DNA of 64,000 bases from Cyanophyceae cyanobacterium. GTDB taxonomy: Bacteria > Cyanobacteriota > Cyanobacteriia > Cyanobacteriales > Laspinemataceae. The notes beneath the pieces were generated by a model. It worked only from the letters and a program-made list of their open reading frames with translations. It made no database searches and was not told where the DNA came from. The stretch lies in assembly GCA_038321985.1 (NCBI GenBank), contig JBBQFN010000017.1:32001-96000 (forward strand). Direction: 5' to 3'. The translations under genes were made by a program, and so were the position numbers. Below, piece by piece: positions 55,027 to 64,000 of the stretch; the stretch's first letter is position 1; each line of letters opens with the position of its first letter.

Positions 55027-55240
55027 ACCCCAGAAAACACCGCTGACAACAGCAATCCACCCACAACGCCGGAATCTTGAACTTTGCCCCGCAGTTGAGA
55101 CACTCCCACAGGAAATGCAACCCATACTGACCCAGCTTCACCATTTCAACGACATTAATCTGTCAAAGCGACAAATAATTTGGCAAGACGACAGTAATCT
55201 GTTACCAGCGACAAATAATTTGTTAAATGACAACAAAAAA

Positions 55241-55311
55241 AGCGGGCAGCGAGAATCGAACTCGCATCAATAGCTTGGAAGGCTATGGTTTTACCACTAA
55301 ACTATGCCCGC
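55241..55311 (-). tRNA. tRNA-Gly (TCC)
   Basis: Reverse complement GCGGGCATAGTTTAGTGGTAAAACCATAGCCTTCCAAGCTATTGATGCGAGTTCGATTCTCGCTGCCCGCT. Confidence 0.96.
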
Positions 55312-55532
55312 AGTTGGCAGCGTTAGCTACATGATCCAATATAGCATGACTTTTTCAGATTGCAACATATTTTTTTAACAAAGGCTGAAGTTGCCTCGGG
55401 TAGAGGGTTTCGGTTGTAGCGATCGCGGGGATAGCCCTAGAAAACCTTGACTCGATTCGGTGGGGTTGCTGCACAGTGGACTGAGGCGCGTGTCACTATA
55501 GAAGGGTAAGCATTCAGGATTATTCCAGGATC

Positions 55533-56156
55533 ATGGATACGGATCCTCTTTATAAACGCTTTCCTAAAGTTGAGATCCCTCGACGGGGGGCTGCTTTTAT
55601 TATCGATTATTCGATTGTGGCGCTGTTGAGTTCCCTGGGGGCCGATCGCACAGTTCAGGGGATGTCATGGGGTCAATCTTTCTTGTTTCTCCTCCTGTGG
55701 TTGGGATTGCGGGTACTGCTTCCCGCTCGCAATCAGGGCCAAAGTTTGGGCCGGTGGGCGCTCGATATTACCCTGGTTGAGTTGCGATTTGGGCGCACGC
55801 CGTTATTACAAAATTTATTCAAGCGGGAGGCAGTCGCCGGGGTCGGTGCAGTGTTGGTGGCGATCGGGTTGAGTCACCTGAACCCGGGGCATGGTGTGGG
55901 GATGCTGTTGCTGGTTCCCTTGGCGATCGACTGTAGCGCGGTTTCGTCGGACCCCTTTCGGCGACAAGCGTTTCACGATCGCATTGCCAACACGATGATT
56001 ATCGGGACTCTCCGGGGATTTTCCCTGGATATCAAATTAAAACGGGGGTATCGCAAACTCCGAAGGGCCTATCAAGAAATCAGGCAAAATCGCGGCGATC
56101 GCTTATATGAAAAAATCAAGCAGAATCGAAGCGATCGCCATGACTTCGACGATTAG
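55533..56156 (+). CDS. RDD family membrane protein
   Basis: RRGAAFIIDY, GQSLGRWAL, RQAFHDRIANT. Confidence 0.88.
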   Translation: MDTDPLYKRFPKVEIPRRGAAFIIDYSIVALLSSLGADRTVQGMSWGQSFLFLLLWLGLRVLLPARNQGQSLGRWALDITLVELRFGRTPLLQNLFKREAVAGVGAVLVAIGLSHLNPGHGVGMLLLVPLAIDCSAVSSDPFRRQAFHDRIANTMIIGTLRGFSLDIKLKRGYRKLRRAYQEIRQNRGDRLYEKIKQNRSDRHDFDD

Positions 56157-56321
56157 GCTTATGGCAACTCAGGAGACAAAATCCCCGTAGGTTAAAGACT
56201 GTCAACCCCACTTCTGACTGATAAAAAAACTTAATCTAGCTAAAATCGCCCAAATGGACAATTCTATGAGATAATCATAAATCGTGTCTAAATCTGTCCT
56301 AATTGGGAGCGGGGAGACCTA

Positions 56322-56510
56322 ATGGCTAAAGGTGTCCGAATCATTATTACGTTGGAATGTACCGAGTGCCGGACTAATCCGGACAAGCGCTCCGCTGGAG
56401 TGTCTCGGTACACGACTCAGAAAAACCGTCGAAATACTACCGCACGCTTAGAACTTAAAAAATTCTGCCGGTACTGTAACAAACCGACTGTCCATAAAGA
56501 AATCAAATAG
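56322..56510 (+). CDS. rpmG: 50S ribosomal protein L33
   Basis: [23 protein letters not shown]. Confidence 0.96.
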   Translation: MAKGVRIIITLECTECRTNPDKRSAGVSRYTTQKNRRNTTARLELKKFCRYCNKPTVHKEIK

Positions 56511-56620
56511 ATGAGACGTTTATCCTCAAGGCAACAACTGGGGCTTTGAGGTGGCGTCTCCAAATTTGTTAAGAGTCCGTGACTTGTCCATTCAAAAAAC
56601 TGTACAGAGATTGAACTGCT

Positions 56621-56836
56621 ATGGCATACTACCGTCGGCGTGTTTCGCCAATTAAACCGGATGAACCCATCGACTACAAAAACGTAGAGCTGCTGCAAAA
56701 ATTCATCACCGAGCGCGGAAAGATTCTGCCTCGGCGGATTACAGGCTTAACCGCCAAGCAACAGCGGGAACTGACACAAGCAATTAAGCGAGCCAGAATT
56801 GTCGCTTTGTTGCCATTTGTGAACAAAGAAGGATAA
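56621..56836 (+). CDS. rpsR: 30S ribosomal protein S18
   Basis: [25 protein letters not shown]. Confidence 0.97.
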   Translation: MAYYRRRVSPIKPDEPIDYKNVELLQKFITERGKILPRRITGLTAKQQRELTQAIKRARIVALLPFVNKEG

Positions 56837-56917
56837 AAATAGTGGCACTGAAGGCTTTTAGATTTTAGGTGCGATCTGATATCTAAAGTCTAAAACCTAA
56901 ACGCTGGGGTATCGATC

Positions 56918-58933
56918 GTGGAAAAGGGAACGCTGCTCGAATATCGGCTAAACGGAGACCGACGTCTAGCCGTAGCCGACCGTCCGGATGGCAAAAAAAA
57001 CTGGGTTGTGGTGGATGAACATGGTCAAGCCAATAGCATTCCACCCAGACAAATCGCCTACGAAATCGGTGGAGGTTCCTATAAGCCCTCCGATATCCCG
57101 AACTTCCGCAAGGAAGTAGAGAAATATCTCGACCCGGATAGTTTAGAGGTGGCGTGGGAAATCTTGGTCGAGGAAAACCGGGGGGTTGATCCTGGGGAAA
57201 TGGCAATGTTGCTATTTTCTGAGAATGAGGCCCCCAATCGCTATGCGTCTTACTTGTTGCTGTCCGAGGATAAGCTCTATTTCAAGCAAAAAGGAGACCG
57301 TTACGAGCCGCGATCGGCCACCCAGGTTGCGGAACTCAAGCACCAACAGGAAGTAGAAACCCAACGACAGCAGGAGTGGGGCAATTTTGTAGCACGGGTG
57401 CAGCAACGACTCGCCGGGGAACTGGTGCAGTGGGAGAGTAGCGATCGCATCCGCATTGAAGCCCTAGAAAAATATGCGGCCCTGGCAGAAGAAGCGCGAG
57501 AACGCAATCAAGCCAAGGAAACCCTCTCTTCCCTAGGCCGGACCGACACGCCCCAAGCTGCCTTTAAGCTTTTGGTAGAGTTAAAGGTGTGGTCTGAACA
57601 CGAAAATCTCGTTTTACGACGAACTCAGATCCCAACTCATTTTTCTACCAAGGTACTGGAAGTGGCCCAACGGTGTTTGAATTTTCCGCCTCCTGATCTG
57701 GATGCAAACAACCGCCTAGATTTGACCCATCTCAAGGTTTATACCATCGATGATGAAAGCACCCTAGAAATTGATGATGGGGTGAGTTTGGAATACCTGG
57801 AAGATGGGCGGCAACGGCTGTGGATTCATATCGCTGACCCGACACGCTTGCTGTGTTTGGGAGATGAATTGGATTTAGAAGCCCGTCGGCGTAGCACTAC
57901 GGTTTATCTGCCCACGGGTATGGTACCGATGTTTCCCCACGACTTGGCAACAGGTCCGATGAGTTTGGTGCAGTCCCAACTTTGTGCGGCCCTAAGTTTT
58001 TCGGTGATTTTAGAGGAGAGTGGTGCGGTAGCGGAATATAGCATCCATGTCTCCACAATTAAGCCAACCTATCGACTGACTTACGATGATGTCGATGAGA
58101 TGTTGCAATTGGGGTTGCAAACAGAAGCGGAAATTAGCGCGATCGGCGCTTGGTCAAAACGTCGCCACGCTTGGCGGGTATCTCAAGGGGCTATTACTAT
58201 TTCCATGCCCGATTCCTCGATCAAGGTGGACGAGAACGAGGAGATCACTATCAAACTCCTGGAAGATTGCCCCTCCCGGCAACTGGTGGCGGAGATGATG
58301 ATTTTGGCTGGGGAACTGGGAGCACGCTATGCGCAAACCCACAATATTCCGGTCCCGTTTCGCGGCCAACCTCAGCCGGAATTGCCGCCAGAAGAGGAAT
58401 TGCTGATTTTACCACCGGGTCCGGTGCGATCGAGTGCGATCCGCCGCTGTATGCCTAAAAGCGAGATGGCAACGACTCCATGCCGTCATGCGAGTTTGGG
58501 GTTGGATGCTTATATCCAAGTCACCTCTCCCATTCGCCGGTATAGCGATTTATTAGCCCACTTCCAGATTAAAGCTCACCTGCGGGGGGACCCGCTGCCC
58601 TTGGCGGTGTTAGAAGTGCAGGAAATTGTCCAGAGTATTGGTATGGCGGTGCGAGAGGCATCGTTAGTCGAACGCCAAACCAATCGTTATTGGATTTTGG
58701 AATATCTGCGCCGTCACTCGGGGGAAGTTTGGCAGGCGGTGGTATTGCGCTGGTTGCGTGAGGATGAAAATCTCGGCTTAATTCTGTTGGAAGATATCGG
58801 AATCGAGCTGGCATGGCGTTTTCCCCGGGCGGTGTCCTTGGGCGATCGCCTGGATCTTCAAGTCGCTTATGCCGATCCACGAGAAGATCAGATCCATTTC
58901 CAAGAGATGGTGTATCAAACCGCTCAATTGTAA
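56918..58933 (+). CDS. rnb: RNase II/R family exoribonuclease
   Basis: YTIDDESTLEIDDG, IHIADP, TSPIRRYSDL. Confidence 0.93.
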   Translation: MEKGTLLEYRLNGDRRLAVADRPDGKKNWVVVDEHGQANSIPPRQIAYEIGGGSYKPSDIPNFRKEVEKYLDPDSLEVAWEILVEENRGVDPGEMAMLLFSENEAPNRYASYLLLSEDKLYFKQKGDRYEPRSATQVAELKHQQEVETQRQQEWGNFVARVQQRLAGELVQWESSDRIRIEALEKYAALAEEARERNQAKETLSSLGRTDTPQAAFKLLVELKVWSEHENLVLRRTQIPTHFSTKVLEVAQRCLNFPPPDLDANNRLDLTHLKVYTIDDESTLEIDDGVSLEYLEDGRQRLWIHIADPTRLLCLGDELDLEARRRSTTVYLPTGMVPMFPHDLATGPMSLVQSQLCAALSFSVILEESGAVAEYSIHVSTIKPTYRLTYDDVDEMLQLGLQTEAEISAIGAWSKRRHAWRVSQGAITISMPDSSIKVDENEEITIKLLEDCPSRQLVAEMMILAGELGARYAQTHNIPVPFRGQPQPELPPEEELLILPPGPVRSSAIRRCMPKSEMATTPCRHASLGLDAYIQVTSPIRRYSDLLAHFQIKAHLRGDPLPLAVLEVQEIVQSIGMAVREASLVERQTNRYWILEYLRRHSGEVWQAVVLRWLREDENLGLILLEDIGIELAWRFPRAVSLGDRLDLQVAYADPREDQIHFQEMVYQTAQL

Positions 58934-59081
58934 GGGCTTTCTCCCTGAATCCATACTCAATGGGTTCAGGGATTTTAATGATTGCTGATTGTTAAGTGAT
59001 TATTTTTGGAAAAACTAAGACCTTTAAGACGCTGCTTTTTAAGTTGGGTTTTTATAGGCTTTATATTTAGATAAAGGGGAC

Positions 59082-59151
59082 CAGAAACCGGGTTTCTAGC
59101 GATAATTGTGGGCTTTCTTGACCGAGATTTTGTCAAGAAACCCGGTTGTCT
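59082..59151. repeat. AGAAACCGGGTTTCT-type repeat element; related copy at ~31890-31942
   Basis: cagaaaccgggtttct...aagaaacccggttgtct versus cagaaaccgggttta...cagaaacccgggtgtct. Confidence 0.65.
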
Positions 59152-59184
59152 TCCCGCTGCTTTGCTGAAGCCATACGAGAGGTT

Positions 59185-59619
59185 ATGATGATGAACGGTT
59201 CTGATTTTACATCCGCCTATCCTTTACCTCCGACAGGGGAAGAAGCTAAATTAGCGAAGGAAAGTAGCCAGATTTTGGCACGGTACACTGAGGTAAAGAA
59301 ACCCCAAATTATCATCAAGACTGATGAAATGAATACTCAGGCGATCGCAATTCCTGAGTCTGCTTTTCTGATGTTGGTTGAAATTTTAGAACAGATGGCT
59401 CAGGGGAAAGCCGTTAGCCTTGTTTCCTTACCCGCAGAACTCACGACTCAAGAAGCTGCCAATATTTTAGAGGTGTCCCATCCTTATTTGGTGGAATTAC
59501 TGGAATCGGGAGAAATCCCTTCCCAAACAGTGGGGACAGAGCGACAGATGCGGTACGAAGATGTGCTGCACTACAAAAACCAGATTGAGGAGAAACGGCA
59601 GCAAACCTTGGATGAGTGA
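59185..59619 (+). CDS. Excisionase-type HTH DNA-binding protein (antitoxin-like), prematurely terminated
   Basis: ELTTQEAANILEVSHPYLVELLESGEIP; in-frame VAEAQALNMGYE* continues after the TGA to 59658. Confidence 0.8.
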   Translation: MMMNGSDFTSAYPLPPTGEEAKLAKESSQILARYTEVKKPQIIIKTDEMNTQAIAIPESAFLMLVEILEQMAQGKAVSLVSLPAELTTQEAANILEVSHPYLVELLESGEIPSQTVGTERQMRYEDVLHYKNQIEEKRQQTLDE

Positions 59620-59729
59620 GTTGCGGAGGCTCAAGCGTTAAATATGGGCTACGAGTAAATGGCGGAAAATTTTTAGATACTTTAAGGGTTATTAATCTGG
59701 GGAATTTTTGAAGTTGTGACACTGACGGG

Positions 59730-59833
59730 GGGATAACGACGGCAAGTCAGGACGTTGAACTGGGGAAGGTTAACGACTGAAGTTGTTACTACGAGCATCG
59801 GAGGGAGAACGACTGAACTCGTTACTACGAACA
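59730..59833. repeat. Degenerate GTAG-type REP cluster
   Basis: taacgactgaagttgttactacga and aacgactgaactcgttactacgaac. Confidence 0.65.
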
Positions 59834-59946
59834 TTAGAGGAGGCTGAGGGGTTGGGGTTGTGACAGTTTATGAATTTGGCTCTGTACTATCACTGAATTG
59901 AGAAAAGATAGCGCATAATCTTGATAAGCGCTATGAGGGCCTACCC

Positions 59947-62900
59947 ATGTCTTCTAACTCTGAGCTACCGATCGAACTTGAAGTAAAACTCCGACTCTGT
60001 GAACCCGGTCTCTTGGCAAACCTTGATGCTTTACTCAGTCTGGGTTTGGTTTCTGATGCACAGGTAAAAGTTTTGTGCCGAACCTATCTGAGTGAACGGT
60101 TACCAGAACCCCAGGTGATTGCATTACTGAGTCAAACCTATCGGAATGAACTGTTCCCGAAACCCCCGGTGATTGCAGTACCGATCGCTCAAGAAGAGAA
60201 AAAGCAAAAGCAGGAAGAGTGGGCGGATGAGCCGATCGCCTTGCCTCGGGTGTTGTCTCCTGCTGCTACTACGGCTACTCCTGTTACTCCGGCTAAACCT
60301 CAATGGATACAGTCGCTAATGGCGGAACTAAGTGTTCGCTGGTTACTGTTTCTTGGGGTATTTATGGTGGTGCTCTCTTCTGGGGTACTCGCTGCAACCC
60401 AGTGGGAGCGTTTTCCGCCTGCGGGTCAATATTTAGTTTTATTTGCCTATACTGTTATTTTTTGGGGAGTTAGTATTTGGGCACAGCGGCAGTCCCAATT
60501 ACGACTGACGGCTCAAACGTTGCAATGGGTGACTCTGTTGCTGCTGCCGGTGAACTTTTGGACGATAGATGGGTTGGGATTGTGGGGCTCACCGTTGGGA
60601 TGGGGGACGATCGCCTTAGCTGCGCCGGTCCTGAGTGCGATCGCTTGGCAGGTTCTGCCTGGGTTGCTGGGCGATCGCCCTTCCAGACGGACTCTGTTTC
60701 CCCTTGCAGTTTACCCGGTCCTCTGTTATCTCCATTGGGGATGGTCATTCTCTGGGGTACCCACAATCGCGGTTTATCTGGGAACAATCGCTGCTGCTGT
60801 TGCTACCCTGTCTCCCAAAACTCAAAAAACTCTCTCTAGCCCGGAATCCTCTTCACTCTCTAATATTCAGCCTTTTAATACTTCAAATATTCTCCTGTTA
60901 TCCTACGCCCTGGCAATTCTCTGCGGACGGGCAATTTTTGCCATTGGCGTTCCGATTTCTCAGTTAGGGTTGGCGATCGCACTGGTGGGTTGGATTGTCT
61001 TGCACTCCGATCTCACAAAAGACGTTCCCCCGGTCAAAAAACCTATACCCGCAGCGATCGCTCGGGGGGGAGTGGCGGTTCTGCCGTCGGGTGTAACCCT
61101 CAATCCCCCCCAACTTTTCGGTTATGTCGGGGGTTGGTTGATGTTTGTGGGTTGGCTGGTGTCCGTCGCACAGCAACCGTGGCAGGCGATCGCCATTAGT
61201 ATTCTGGCCTTGTGGTGGCTGGGAAGTCGCCTCTCCCGATTTTTCCACGTATTTGATACCGTTGCGATTTTTACAATCACCTTACAAGGCTATTGGCTAA
61301 TTCGCAACATTATTCCCCCAGTGGTTCGCAATCAGGCGATCGCCACTGGCACTCAACTGGCTAATGCCCAAGAGAACCCTTGGGCGTTGCTGGGCTTAAC
61401 GTTTTTTCCCTATTTGTTATTTGTTGTCTGGCTCACCGACTGGCTATACCGTCGCAGTCCTGCTCAGTTAGAGCAGGGGGCTAAAGTTTCGGCCCAAATG
61501 GGGGATTTCTGGTCCCTGGGATTTGGGCTACTGCTCACGGTGTTGAGCGGGCCAGTCTATTCGATGCGATCGCTCAATTTATTGGCTTCTACCCTGACTT
61601 TGGCCGTCGTTACCGATCGCCGTTTAAGCGGGCGAACCCACGGTCCCACTGCTCCTAGAGCCATCCGTCCCGGAGAGTTTGGGCTGCTTAATTTTTTGGT
61701 TTACTTGAGTCACGTTAGCGGATTGTTCACGCTCTTTTCCTTTTTGCATTGGGGATTTCCCCAACTTCCTATTTTCGGATGGGGACTAATTGTTCTATCC
61801 CTGGCGCTTGCAGAATGGGCAGTCTCTCTCACTTTAGAATTTAGGCCAGATCTCGCTTTGAATGTGCGAATTTCGGCCTGGATTGAAAGTTTTTGGCCCG
61901 TAGGGTTAGGGCTTGCCACGGTAAGTTATATATTCTGGTTGGGAAATTATAGTGGGCTAGGGGATAGTGATGCCTCACGCTCGGGGATGGTATGGTTTAT
62001 GATTCCCTTGGCTTTGACGGCGATCGCACATTTTTCTCCTGATCGCCGCCTCCTGGCAACGGGATTGAGCATCACCACGTTAATTTTGGCCCAAGGGTTG
62101 ATTTTTGACTTCCCTGGAACTCGCTTATTGGGATTGGGTATCGGCGCGGTGCTGATGGTGATGAATACCCGGTTACTGCAACACACTGCCGTGGCTGCGA
62201 TCACCACTGGGTTTGGGTTATGCTTTTCCATTCAGTTATTGGATATAGGGATTTTGGGGTTACCCTCCGTAAGGGGAGAGGGCTGGTTAGTCGTCAGTGC
62301 GATCGCTGTTGTGGCTTTATCCGTGAGTTATGCTCTAGGGATTCAGCGTTCTAATTCCCTGGTTCAGATTTATGCTCGCGCCTATCAGGGATGGGCGATC
62401 GCCCTAGGATTATTGGCACTGACGGTGATTTCCGCTCATGCCTCTACTATTTATTTCTGGGGATTTATGGAGTCCTCAGTGCCGATTTTAATGGCTACCC
62501 TTCTGATCGGATTAGCAGTTGCCTATCGGATGTGGCTGTCTCCGACTACTTGGACTTTTTATACCTTGGGTTGGACTGTCGAATTACTCGCCGCTGAAAT
62601 TTTGGGATTTTTCGGGCGATCGCTGATTAGTTTGGCGATCGTTAACCTGATCCTTGGAGTGGTGGCTTCGATTGTTGGGGAGTGGTGGATTCGTCGCACC
62701 GGCAGACCCCTGCGTACCAGTTGGAAGGTGATACCGTTAATTTATGGGGTTTTGGGGCAGGCATTACGCTGGGGGACTTTCACCAGTTGGAGTGGAGTAA
62801 CCACCTTGGGATTAGTGGTGATCGCCATGACGATTGGACGCCGAAGCCAAGAAGCTAAACCCTTGGTTTATTTAGCTTTAATTGGCGTTTCTATTTCGGC

Positions 62901-64000
62901 TTATGAGTTTCTTTCCTATCAAATTTCAGGGCTACCAGCTACCGCGCAATTGATTGCCATTGCCACTTTGGGGGCAGCGATCGTTTATAACTATCGCCTG
63001 CTGGAACATTGGTTAACGGATTACTTGAATTTGACAAAAAAGGAAGTCGAATTTTTTGCTCACACTCACTGGGGATTAAGTAGTTTTATCTGGTTGAGTG
63101 CAATCGCGCTTTCCTCCGAACGGGCGACGGCAATTAGTTCCCTGGGGTCGATTGACTTAATTGGGGTGGGAACCGGGTTATTTTTAACCAATTATGCACT
63201 GCTTCAGGGTCGGTTGCCCGAATCGAGACAGGGGGAAGACAGTTCGCACAATCGCCCCGAAGCGATTCAGATGGCTGAGAGTTGGGTTTATTTAGGAATG
63301 GCAGGATCTGGCGCTGTGGGGTGTTATGTGTTTGGATATCTTCCAGCTAATTTGCAGGAGATGTTCATTGGCTGGGGAGGTGCGATCGCCTGTGTTGCGG
63401 CTTACTTTCTGGATGCTGTGCCCTGGGACCGCTGGGGATGGACTCTCAAACCCTGGCGGTTGATCGCAAGACTCCTGCCTGGATTGGCGATAATCACCAC
63501 GGGAATCGGGTTTTTCGGGGATATCAATCAATCGTGGTATGTTTCGACCCTGATCGTCGCGGCTTTTTATATTTTCCTAAGTCAACTCCATCGCCAAATT
63601 CGTTTGACGTACGCGAGTGCTATCTTACTCACTTGGCTGATTCTGCGTGGGCTTTTGAACGAATTCGTCACAGACGCGATCGCCTATGTTGCCCCAGTCG
63701 CCTTGGCTATCTTATACTTCGCCCAGGTTGAACCGTCCCTAAAAAGTCCGCAAGCTAAAGGAATCCGCCACGGGATTAGGGTATTGGCGATCGGCAGTAT
63801 CAATTTTACCCTGCTATTCACCACTCATTGGCTGATTTCAGGGTTAGCCAGTTTATTAATCGGATTTGCGGGTTTAACTTTCAAAATCCGCGCCTTTTTC
63901 TACATGGGTACGGTCACTTTTTTACTCAATGCCATCTATCAACTCATTATTCTCAACTCGCTTTATCCATTTTTGCGATGGGTAATTGGATTAGTCGCGG
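59947..64000 (+). CDS. Large polytopic membrane protein (DUF2157-like); runs off the right edge; not in ORF track
   Basis: ATG 59947: MSSNSELPIELEV...QSLMAELSVRWLLFLGVFMVVLSSGVLAATQW; long run of hydrophobic segments to the window end. Confidence 0.8.
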   Translation, partial: MSSNSELPIELEVKLRLCEPGLLANLDALLSLGLVSDAQVKVLCRTYLSERLPEPQVIALLSQTYRNELFPKPPVIAVPIAQEEKKQKQEEWADEPIALPRVLSPAATTATPVTPAKPQWIQSLMAELSVRWLLFLGVFMVVLSSGVLAATQWERFPPAGQYLVLFAYTVIFWGVSIWAQRQSQLRLTAQTLQWVTLLLLPVNFWTIDGLGLWGSPLGWGTIALAAPVLSAIAWQVLPGLLGDRPSRRTLFPLAVYPVLCYLHWGWSFSGVPTIAVYLGTIAAAVATLSPKTQKTLSSPESSSLSNIQPFNTSNILLLSYALAILCGRAIFAIGVPISQLGLAIALVGWIVLHSDLTKDVPPVKKPIPAAIARGGVAVLPSGVTLNPPQLFGYVGGWLMFVGWLVSVAQQPWQAIAISILALWWLGSRLSRFFHVFDTVAIFTITLQGYWLIRNIIPPVVRNQAIATGTQLANAQENPWALLGLTFFPYLLFVVWLTDWLYRRSPAQLEQGAKVSAQMGDFWSLGFGLLLTVLSGPVYSMRSLNLLASTLTLAVVTDRRLSGRTHGPTAPRAIRPGEFGLLNFLVYLSHVSGLFTLFSFLHWGFPQLPIFGWGLIVLSLALAEWAVSLTLEFRPDLALNVRISAWIESFWPVGLGLATVSYIFWLGNYSGLGDSDASRSGMVWFMIPLALTAIAHFSPDRRLLATGLSITTLILAQGLIFDFPGTRLLGLGIGAVLMVMNTRLLQHTAVAAITTGFGLCFSIQLLDIGILGLPSVRGEGWLVVSAIAVVALSVSYALGIQRSNSLVQIYARAYQGWAIALGLLALTVISAHASTIYFWGFMESSVPILMATLLIGLAVAYRMWLSPTTWTFYTLGWTVELLAAEILGFFGRSLISLAIVNLILGVVASIVGEWWIRRTGRPLRTSWKVIPLIYGVLGQALRWGTFTSWSGVTTLGLVVIAMTIGRRSQEAKPLVYLALIGVSISAYEFLSYQISGLPATAQLIAIATLGAAIVYNYRLLEHWLTDYLNLTKKEVEFFAHTHWGLSSFIWLSAIALSSERATAISSLGSIDLIGVGTGLFLTNYALLQGRLPESRQGEDSSHNRPEAIQMAESWVYLGMAGSGAVGCYVFGYLPANLQEMFIGWGGAIACVAAYFLDAVPWDRWGWTLKPWRLIARLLPGLAIITTGIGFFGDINQSWYVSTLIVAAFYIFLSQLHRQIRLTYASAILLTWLILRGLLNEFVTDAIAYVAPVALAILYFAQVEPSLKSPQAKGIRHGIRVLAIGSINFTLLFTTHWLISGLASLLIGFAGLTFKIRAFFYMGTVTFLLNAIYQLIILNSLYPFLRWVIGLVA

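Noticed and set aside
44710..55311. Prophage or ICE
   Set aside because: No integrase, structural or conjugation genes and no visible att duplication.
60470..63731. Many short ORFs in the track
   Set aside because: Alternate-frame or antisense shadows of the long membrane-protein gene starting at 59947.

Overview
Chromosomal window from a filamentous cyanobacterium (dense HIP1 GCGATCGC sites, psaF/psaJ, hpsA and pseudopilin genes; Oscillatoriales-like by inference). Most of it is core genome: hpsA plus a minor pilin, rpmB, htpG, an MBOAT/SGNH/acetylesterase/GT2 polysaccharide cluster, clpB, gloA, eno, argC, tsaD, psaFJ, gmk, remA, rqcH, rpmI-rplT, ycf37, a CHASE kinase, menG, rpmG-rpsR and RNase II. 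Two things stand out. (1) The ssb gene, absent from the ORF track, is split by a 1479-nt group II intron with matching EBS/IBS pairings and an intact domain V. The intron-encoded protein keeps its N-terminal and maturase-X parts but has lost the RT core. (2) A roughly 10-kb defence island at the 3' end of tRNA-Gly(TCC) holds two Uma2 genes, a dead hsdM fragment and a tightly packed run of six co-oriented units: phage-like ORF, hsdR, hsdM, vapBC, hsdS fused to a Panacea/SocA-like domain, and a Schlafen/AlbA_2 protein. Intergenic DNA carries several REP/MITE families, some nested. All family assignments come from motif recognition by eye; no database searches were run.
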